DNA of 64,000 nucleotides from Vulcanimicrobiales bacterium. Lineage in GTDB: Bacteria; Vulcanimicrobiota; Vulcanimicrobiia; Vulcanimicrobiales; Vulcanimicrobiaceae. The stretch is from positions 27,313 to 91,312 of the forward strand of contig JBBQQR010000007.1 in the NCBI GenBank assembly GCA_038215615.1, written 5' to 3'. The position numbers were made by a program, and so were the translations under genes. Of the stretch, positions 47,812-54,411 are shown in pieces. A model generated the notes under the pieces. The model was not told the DNA's origin, searched no databases, and saw nothing but the letters and a program-made list of their open reading frames with translations. Each line of letters starts with the position of its first letter. Within the stretch, counting starts at the first letter, position 1.

Positions 47812-48147
47812 ATGAAAATTATTTCCACGCTGCTGATGGGCGCGGCGATCGCAGCCCTTTCCATCGCGGCTACACCGAAACCCAAACCGCACCCCACGAG
47901 CACATCACGGCTCGTCATGGTTCGCATGGACATCGATTTCAAGCCGCACAAGCGCTCGAGCTTCGGAAGAATTTCCGGCTACGACCCTGCCGAGGTGCAC
48001 GTGCACATGGGCGACCGTATTCAGTTCGTCAATCCCGACGACCAAAATCATACGGCGACCGGCATGGCCTACACGGGCGACTACTTCTACGCCTGCGGCT
48101 ATCACATTGGCATCGGGCAGATCGGCGTGATCGTCGTCGAGCCGTAG
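47812..48147 (+). CDS. Short cupredoxin-like protein (His-Cys-His-Gln ligand set)
   Basis: Signal peptide; YDPAEVHVHMGDRIQFVN...HTAT; YFYACGYHIGIGQIGVIVV. Confidence 0.7.
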   Translation: MKIISTLLMGAAIAALSIAATPKPKPHPTSTSRLVMVRMDIDFKPHKRSSFGRISGYDPAEVHVHMGDRIQFVNPDDQNHTATGMAYTGDYFYACGYHIGIGQIGVIVVEP

Positions 48148-48152
48148 CACCC

Positions 48153-48995
48153 GTGATTCCCTTATTAAAGGAAACCTGGGCCGAATTTAGCCGCCACAAG
48201 GCACAATGGCTTGCGGCGGCCATCTCTTACTTTACGATGTTCGCAATCGCGCCGCTGATCATCGTAATTGTAGAAATCGCCGGCCTCTTTCTGGGACACC
48301 ACCGGGCCGCGCTCGACAACATCATGGGCTATCTGCAGCACACCGCCGGAAAGGCGGCGGCCGGCGGCGTCCGATCGATGGTGGATGCGACGTTCAGTCA
48401 GCGCCGCGCCGGCATTATCGCTCAGATTATCGGATGGGCCGTATTCGTTCTGGGCGCCATCGGGTTGTTTGCATCGCTGCAAGAGGCGCTCAACACCGTC
48501 TGGGATGTCGAACCGAAGAAGAAAAATCTCCCGGCTCTGGTGCGCGACCGCGTGACCTCGTTCGGCGTCGTGCTGGCCATCGCGTTCGTACTTCTGGTTT
48601 CGCTCGGCGTCAATGCTCTGCTGACGATCGCGGCGGGCGCGATGCAAGACGTCTTTCCGCTCTTCCCAACGCTGATAAAAATCCTAGATTTCGTCCTCTC
48701 GTTCGCCGTCATCAGCGTGCTCTTCGCATTGCTTTTTCGCTACCTGCCCGAGAGCAAGATCGAATGGCGCGACGTTTGGCTGGGCGGCGCCGCCACCGCA
48801 CTGCTTTTTGTAATCGGCCAATTTTTGCTCGGCTGGTACCTCGGGCGCGCCGGGATCTCGACGGCTTTCGGCGCCTTCGGTTCGCTGGTGGTCTTCTTAG
48901 TCTGGGTGAACTACTCGGCTCAAATCATGCTCTTCGGCGCCGAGTTCACGCACGTCTACGCCCGCAAATACGGTTCGCGCCGCAAGTCAGCGTGA
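48153..48995 (+). CDS. YihY/virulence factor BrkB family membrane protein
   Basis: LAAAISYFTMFAIAP, LQEALNTVW, FGAFGSLVVFLVWVNYSAQIMLFGAEF. Confidence 0.93.
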   Translation: MIPLLKETWAEFSRHKAQWLAAAISYFTMFAIAPLIIVIVEIAGLFLGHHRAALDNIMGYLQHTAGKAAAGGVRSMVDATFSQRRAGIIAQIIGWAVFVLGAIGLFASLQEALNTVWDVEPKKKNLPALVRDRVTSFGVVLAIAFVLLVSLGVNALLTIAAGAMQDVFPLFPTLIKILDFVLSFAVISVLFALLFRYLPESKIEWRDVWLGGAATALLFVIGQFLLGWYLGRAGISTAFGAFGSLVVFLVWVNYSAQIMLFGAEFTHVYARKYGSRRKSA

Positions 48996-49388
48996 GGGGG
49001 CGTCGTCTTTCATGCCGGATTTCGCCCAGGCGATGTCTTCCTTGACGTTTTCGATTGTCTGCTCGGGCAGCAGCGAGCCCGCCGCCTGAATTTTTTTCTT
49101 GCCGCTAAGCGCGAGCACCGCGGTGACCCCGCCCCACAGGAGCGTTACGATCAGCGCCGCGATCCACGGCGCGACCGCCAGCGACAGCGCCAAAATCAGG
49201 AGCGCCGTGAGCGACCCGAGTGTCAGAAGGCCGGTGACGGCCGAACCGCTGAGCATCCCGACTCCGGCGCCCGCAGATTTGGCTTTCCCCGCCATCTCTT
49301 CGCGCGCCAGTTCGAGTTCGTTGCGAACGAGCACGACGATGTCTTGCGAGAGTTGCTTCATCGAAGCGGCCATTTTTTCTGCGTCCAT
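48987..49388 (-). CDS. Phage holin family (holin-X-like) membrane protein
   Basis: LVRNELELAREEM, two TM helices, PEQTIENVKED. Confidence 0.85.
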   Translation of the reverse strand: MDAEKMAASMKQLSQDIVVLVRNELELAREEMAGKAKSAGAGVGMLSGSAVTGLLTLGSLTALLILALSLAVAPWIAALIVTLLWGGVTAVLALSGKKKIQAAGSLLPEQTIENVKEDIAWAKSGMKDDAPSR

Positions 49389-49450
49389 GTCACGACCTTA
49401 CCCAAATCGGCGCTCGTTTGGTATCGCCTTGTTGGGGAAAGAGCTTAACC

Positions 49451-49780
49451 ATGGCTAGAAAAAAACGTGGACGCAAAAAAGCGTCCGTCAAAAAAACAGT
49501 CGCTAAGCGGGCCAAAGGTGCCCGAAAAACCGTCAAAAAAACCGCCCGCAAAGCGCGCAAAAAAGTCGGCGGCTTGGTAAAACGCGCCAAGAGCGCCGTC
49601 AAGAACCGCAAGCGCACGGTCCGCAAAGCCGCGAAAAACGTCCATAAGACGGCAACGCGCGCGCATGAAGTCGGTGAGACCGTAGTGAACGCGGGCGAAA
49701 TGATCAAGCAGACGGCTGACATCGTGGACTCGTTCGCTCAGCGGGCCGCGAAACGGACCGGGGGCCGGAAGAAAAAGTAA
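49451..49780 (+). CDS. Lys/Arg-rich histone-like small basic protein
   Basis: MARKKRGRKKASVKKTVAKRAKGARKTVKKTARKARKK... Confidence 0.75.
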   Translation: MARKKRGRKKASVKKTVAKRAKGARKTVKKTARKARKKVGGLVKRAKSAVKNRKRTVRKAAKNVHKTATRAHEVGETVVNAGEMIKQTADIVDSFAQRAAKRTGGRKKK

Positions 49781-49810
49781 GGACTCGGGCTAACGCCCGG
49801 ACGTTCCGGA

Positions 49811-49857
49811 AGCCGCTCGCGTTAAGGCACTCCCTGGATAGCCTTAACCGAGCGGCT
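49811..49857. terminator. Long intergenic inverted repeat (terminator or RNA-stabilising hairpin)
   Basis: agccgctcg-c-gttaaggc-N12-gccttaac-cgagcggct; no T-tract. Confidence 0.55.
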
Positions 49858-49923
49858 CGTCAGCTCGTACGAATTCCACGGGGGATTCCCGGGCACCGGA
49901 GAATCGCCGCGGCAGGAGGCGTT

Positions 49924-50322
49924 ATGAAAATTGTTTTTCCCGCCTTATGCGCTACCGCAATTTTGTTTTGTCCCGCTCTCGCCGCGCGCGCCGACACCGG
50001 TCCGAGCTCCGATACAGCGGCGATTCGAAGATTGGCCACTGTTTCGAACGCACGCTGCCCGCAACGCGTTTCGCACGTCTCGGTGAGCGGAAGCTACGGT
50101 CTGGCGACCGTCGAACAGCATGGCGCTTGCGACATGGCCGCGGTCTGGGTCTTCACACGCAAAGGGGGCACCTGGCGCTCGACCGGCGCTATCGGCGGCG
50201 TACCCGACGCGTGCACCATCCACTCCAAAGGCGTACCGCTCGCAGTCGCGCCCAGCTTGATTCGTGCTTTCACCGGCAGCTCCGACGCATCGTTAATTTC
50301 GACCAAATCTTGCGGCGGCTGA
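49924..50322 (+). CDS. Secreted hypothetical protein
   Basis: AGGAGG RBS, signal peptide, several Cys. Confidence 0.7.
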   Translation: MKIVFPALCATAILFCPALAARADTGPSSDTAAIRRLATVSNARCPQRVSHVSVSGSYGLATVEQHGACDMAAVWVFTRKGGTWRSTGAIGGVPDACTIHSKGVPLAVAPSLIRAFTGSSDASLISTKSCGG

Positions 50323-50341
50323 ACGCCTGGCGAGCCGCGTC

Positions 50342-50512
50342 TTAGCCCCTGTGACCGAGATGCCAGCCATGCGTAACGCATGCGTACGGTGCGAGTCGCA
50401 CACTCGTGCGCGGAATCGCACGCTCGGCGAGTTTCTTTGTACGATACGCACTTTTTGGCGATCCGTTCTTGTTGTAGCACGATCGTGTCCCGCCGCTCTT
50501 GCGCTCGCCCAT
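50342..50512 (-). CDS. Small putative metal-binding protein (56 aa)
   Basis: MGERKSGGTRSCYNKNGSPKSAYRTKKLAERAI...PYACVTHGWHLGH. Confidence 0.55.
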   Translation of the reverse strand: MGERKSGGTRSCYNKNGSPKSAYRTKKLAERAIPRTSVRLAPYACVTHGWHLGHRG

Positions 50513-50565
50513 TCTCACTGGTTCGCGTAAGGAGAATCCATCGCCCCGTGTAAGGCTGAGCAACT

Positions 50566-50706
50566 ATGGAAGAGATCAAAATTACCGATTGTCCGGCTTG
50601 CGGCCATGCAATGAGCAACCACCATGGCCATCACTGCAAGGATTGCGAGCGAGATGGCGGCGAGTGCGCCGCACTCGAAGGCGGCGTCGAAAGCCCCGGC
50701 GGGTGA
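50566..50706 (+). CDS. Cys/His-rich micro-protein (46 aa), not in the ORF track
   Basis: MEEIKITDCPACGHAMSNHHGHHCKDCERDGGECAALEGGVESPGG*; stop overlaps the GTG of the next gene (GTGA). Confidence 0.65.
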   Translation: MEEIKITDCPACGHAMSNHHGHHCKDCERDGGECAALEGGVESPGG

Positions 50707-51032
50707 CCGGATATAGCCTGCCTTCCGACGCGCGCGTCTTGCGCATACTCGCTCTCGTGCGTGCGATCCCGAAGGGCTTTGTGCAGACGTATGGTGACAT
50801 CAACCCACACGCACCGCGTCTCGTCGGCCATATTCTTACGACAACGGAGGCCGAGATACCATGGCATCGCGTCGTGCGCGCGGACGGAGGCGTAACGCAA
50901 GGGCGCAGGCAGCTCGCGCGCCTTCGTAAGGAAGGCGTCCCGCTGCGCGGCAATCGCGTTGACTTGAACTCCGCTCGGCTGCCGCGAGGAATTACCCTCG
51001 GCGTAACGCGCAAAAGTACGAAAAGCTCCTAG
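50703..51032 (+). CDS. Alkyltransferase-like (ATL/MGMT family) protein
   Basis: VRAIPKG.V.TYGDI, PRLVG, IPWHRVVRADG (Trp in place of the active Cys). Confidence 0.9.
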   Translation: MTGYSLPSDARVLRILALVRAIPKGFVQTYGDINPHAPRLVGHILTTTEAEIPWHRVVRADGGVTQGRRQLARLRKEGVPLRGNRVDLNSARLPRGITLGVTRKSTKSS

Positions 51033-51085
51033 CGCATTCGATGCGGCCCGAAGGAGCACGCCTGCGAAATTGGAACGGTCTGCCC

Positions 51086-53428
51086 ATGCGCAGGGTGACC
51101 ACTTACGGTCTGCTTCTCGCCGCACTTGTCGCCGCGTGTTCGCACGGCGGCCGTTCCGGTCTGCCCCCGGGGGCGTCTTCTCAGGGTGTAGTGACGCCGC
51201 AATCCGTTTCGCCGGGACTCACCAAGCCCGCGCCGATGGCTCAGACGGAGATCCTGCCGCCCAGCGCAATGCAATCGCCGGTTCACCCAAACATTCCGGT
51301 TTCGTCACTCAGTTGGTCGCAGGTTCCGGGAACGGCGAGCGTCGTGGCAGCGGCTCCCGACGGGTCGCTCTGGGTGCTCTCCGATCAGCCCGCCGGCGCC
51401 GACAAGTACATCTGGCACTATGCCAGCGGATCGTGGACGAATATTTCCGGCCTCGCTTCCCGGCTAACCGTTGCGCAAGACGGATCTTTGTGGGCGCTCA
51501 ACTCCGGAGGCGGCATCTGGCATTACTCCGGCGGCAGCTGGAGTTCGCCCGGCGGCGGGGCCAGCAACAGCATCACGGCCGATTCATCCGGTGGCATCGA
51601 CGTCCTCACGAACAGCGGTTCCGGCAACGATAGGGCGATTTGGCACTATACGTCCGGTTCCGGATGGGCGCAGCAAAGCGGATCGGGCACCGCGCTGGCC
51701 GGGAATTTCGATACGAACAGCCACACGCCGGGCTCGGGCGGAAGCGGCACGATCAACCCGGGCGGGTTTTACATTTTGAATTCCGCCGGCGCGATCTATT
51801 ACGAGAATACAGATAAGAGTTTTGCGCAGCTTCCAGGCAGCGCATCCGGGATCACGCCAACCACCAATGGGGGCGTCTTTGTCTTGGGCTATCCGATCGC
51901 GCAGGGCGGAAATCAAGTCTACTACTACGATCTCGACAACCCCGGATACACCTCGGAGAGCGGCTCCGGCCTGCTCAGTATTTCTGCCGCTACGAATTTG
52001 TACGTGGTAAGTCCGTCGAACGCGATCTATACGGCCGCGCTTCCGAGCGGGGTTCCAGCCTATTGTTCCGCGTACTCAACGCCGTCGCCGAACGCGAACA
52101 GTTCGCCGCAGCCCGTGTGGATCACGGACGACTCCAATACCGGCGCGCACGTCGTCTTGTACGTCGTTACGGGTTCCCCGCCTTTGGGCGGTTCGCAAAC
52201 ACAGTATTTGGCGGCGAACGGAACGCTTCAGAACTTCACGCCCGGTGCGACAGCCCCGCCGTTTCCGCTCGAGTGCTTCCCGGGAAGCACACATCAAGGC
52301 AACGGTCTGACGTTCCAACTTCCACCGCCGACAAATGCCAACCAAAGCGCCAACATGTACATTGCTTACGCGACGCCGCCTCCGGGCGGTGGCGTACCGA
52401 ACCCGCTGAAATTCGTCGGAGTCGGCACGCTAGGCGGCAACTCGGCGCCAACCCTCGATTGGAACACTCCGTCTTACGCCTCAGCGCCCTGGGATTACGT
52501 CGAGTATACGCTTCCCAACGGCATTACCGACGTTACGCAAGTCGATAAAGTGGGACTCCCGCTACAAGTCAGCCAGGGAAGCACGACCATCGGCTTTGCC
52601 TCCGGTCAATACGAAAATCTGCTGAGCGCGATCCTCGCGGATCCAACCTACAGCAGTCTGGCGGTATCCTCACAGCTGAACGGTCGCAACGTCTTGGCAC
52701 GCATTCTCTCACCTGCCAACGCCGAGAATTGGGGCTTCCCGCAAGACTGGTGGTACAACTCAGCGTTCAACTCCGGACACACGGCTTTGAGTAAGGGCTA
52801 CCTCGGCTACGTTCTTTCGCAGTATCAAACAGCGCCACAGCTGTACACGCTCAACGGCCTCAACGGTTTCAGTGGAAATTACTGCGCGAAGTTCGACGGC
52901 AGCAACAATGTCTTGTTTTATTCCGTCGCATCGGCAACCACGTGCTCCAGTCTTCCCGGCACACCGATCTCTATGGGCATAGCAAGCACACTCGAGGGCA
53001 CCGGCACGATGGACAGCTACGGCGTCTGCGGAAGTGCGATCTTCCAAATGCCGTACGGTGGCGCCGGCGGTCCGCTACCCACACAGACTGGGTTTTATCT
53101 CTGGAAAGCCATGGTGATAGACATCGCCCGGGGCGTCGCGCTGCAGAACGGCACGCACCCGATCGGCGGATGGGACACCTCGCCTTCGACACCCGTGCCG
53201 CTGAGCAGTTTCTATCTCGACCCGGCGTTCAATCAGTACGCGTATTTGGTACACAAGAACATGATTGGAAATCGCTCGTACACGCTTCAGTACGACGAGC
53301 CGGGCGGATTGGCGCCGACGTTCACGTCGAATCCCGCACAACCGATGCAGGTCACGATCTGGAATGTTCCAACGTACAGCAGGGCGACGCCGACCGTGAC
53401 GGCGACACCGCTGCCGTGTCCGCCATAA
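51086..53428 (+). CDS. Lipoprotein: tectonin-like repeat module + GH64-like beta-1,3-glucanase domain
   Basis: Lipobox LVAAC; shared N-terminal module; WDYVEYT..DVTQVDKVGLPL, RILSP, NQYAYLVH....RSYTLQYDE. Confidence 0.8.
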   Translation: MRRVTTYGLLLAALVAACSHGGRSGLPPGASSQGVVTPQSVSPGLTKPAPMAQTEILPPSAMQSPVHPNIPVSSLSWSQVPGTASVVAAAPDGSLWVLSDQPAGADKYIWHYASGSWTNISGLASRLTVAQDGSLWALNSGGGIWHYSGGSWSSPGGGASNSITADSSGGIDVLTNSGSGNDRAIWHYTSGSGWAQQSGSGTALAGNFDTNSHTPGSGGSGTINPGGFYILNSAGAIYYENTDKSFAQLPGSASGITPTTNGGVFVLGYPIAQGGNQVYYYDLDNPGYTSESGSGLLSISAATNLYVVSPSNAIYTAALPSGVPAYCSAYSTPSPNANSSPQPVWITDDSNTGAHVVLYVVTGSPPLGGSQTQYLAANGTLQNFTPGATAPPFPLECFPGSTHQGNGLTFQLPPPTNANQSANMYIAYATPPPGGGVPNPLKFVGVGTLGGNSAPTLDWNTPSYASAPWDYVEYTLPNGITDVTQVDKVGLPLQVSQGSTTIGFASGQYENLLSAILADPTYSSLAVSSQLNGRNVLARILSPANAENWGFPQDWWYNSAFNSGHTALSKGYLGYVLSQYQTAPQLYTLNGLNGFSGNYCAKFDGSNNVLFYSVASATTCSSLPGTPISMGIASTLEGTGTMDSYGVCGSAIFQMPYGGAGGPLPTQTGFYLWKAMVIDIARGVALQNGTHPIGGWDTSPSTPVPLSSFYLDPAFNQYAYLVHKNMIGNRSYTLQYDEPGGLAPTFTSNPAQPMQVTIWNVPTYSRATPTVTATPLPCPP

Positions 53429-53548
53429 ATTTTTGAACGAAGCGGCGCTTCCGCTGGAGCTTCCGTCTAGCGGCCCCTGCTGATTGTTTTCGTTGTGGCC
53501 ATGCCGCAGAACGCGCAGACCTGAGCGGGGATTCAAAAGTTGAAAAAT

Positions 53549-53902
53549 TGGTGGAGCTGTCGGGGTGCTGCCCCCCGAGTCCGAAAAGCCGGACCAAAGC
53601 TTTCTCCAGGCTCAGCTTCGAATTTTACTTACTCGAACGTACTCCTCAAAGCGTGGATTACCGTTCGCAGCAGACTCTGTTTCTTACACGGCCTTAGAGT
53701 CGGTCGACCGTGCCAGCCCGAGTTTGTGACCGGAGAGTGAAGTAGTTCGGGCGACTCCTCACGTCCGGTGGCTAACCTAGATTAGGCAGCCAGTGCGTAT
53801 TGGTTATTTGCGTGTAAAACGCTTGCGATCGTTTTAGGAGTGCTCGCAACTCCGCCTGCTTACGTTGACCGCGGATCTTCCCGTCGAACCTATTTCAGCC
53901 CC
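53549..53902 (-). ncRNA. ssrA: tmRNA (tag peptide ANNQYALAA at 53782-53811)
   Basis: 5' GGGGCTGAAATAGGTTCGAC; 3' GACTCGGGGGGCAGCACCCCGACAGCTCCACCA; internal GCA AAT AAC CAA TAC GCA CTG GCT GCC TAA. Confidence 0.96.
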
Positions 53903-53921
53903 ATGGGTTAGACCGTCACAG

Positions 53922-53930
53922 AGTATAACA
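53922..53930 (-). promoter_or_regulatory. Extended -10 promoter for ssrA
   Basis: TG-T-TATACT about 20 nt upstream of the mature 5' end. Confidence 0.6.
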
Positions 53931-53988
53931 CGAAGTGGGTACAGACGGATGCACCCCAGGTAGCCCGGGCGACCGACCCGGATCAAAT

Positions 53989-54022
53989 AAAAAAAGAGCC
54001 GCGGCTGCGGCTCCTTTTCTTT
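53989..54022. terminator. Bidirectional intrinsic terminator
   Basis: A7-gagccgc-ggct-gcggctc-cttttcttt, downstream of the uvrC operon. Confidence 0.8.
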
Positions 54023-54037
54023 GGGCTTGTTTAGAGC

Positions 54038-54400
54038 CTAAGCCGTTCGCGGCGCTTCTTCCGCCTTGAAGATGTGATTGACGATCAGCGACACGACCAT
54101 CATGATGAGCGCGCCAATCAGTGCCGGAACGAATCCGGAGACTTTGAAGTTCGGCGTGAGCCATGTGACCAGCCAGAACATGAGCGCGTTGACGATGATG
54201 ACGAAAAGGCCGAGCGTGAGAATCGAAATCGGCAACGTCAGCAGCAGCACGAGCGGGCGCACCAGCGCGTTTACGATACCGAAGATCAGCGCCGCGATGA
54301 TCGGCGTCCAAACGCCGCCGGTCATGTAAAAGCCCGGGACGTATCTGGCGATCAGCCAGAGCGCCAGCGCGTTAACCAGCAGGCGGATAATGAAATGCAT
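54038..54400 (-). CDS. Phage holin family 4-TM membrane protein (YvlD-like)
   Basis: NALALW, VNALVRP...LTLP..ILTLGLF..IVNA. Confidence 0.9.
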   Translation of the reverse strand: MHFIIRLLVNALALWLIARYVPGFYMTGGVWTPIIAALIFGIVNALVRPLVLLLTLPISILTLGLFVIIVNALMFWLVTWLTPNFKVSGFVPALIGALIMMVVSLIVNHIFKAEEAPRTA

Positions 54401-54411
54401 TCGTCACTCCT

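Noticed and set aside
49878..49905. Recurring (A/G)GG...GAAT motif upstream of several genes as an alternative-sigma promoter
   Set aside because: Spacing is inconsistent between examples; needs genome-wide motif statistics.
53429..53548. Island att repeat of the tmRNA 3' end
   Set aside because: No second copy of tggtggagctgtcgggg was found by eye in the window.
48987..54400. Two phage-holin-family genes as evidence of a prophage
   Set aside because: Both families are common chromosomal membrane proteins; no endolysin, structural or integrase genes are present.
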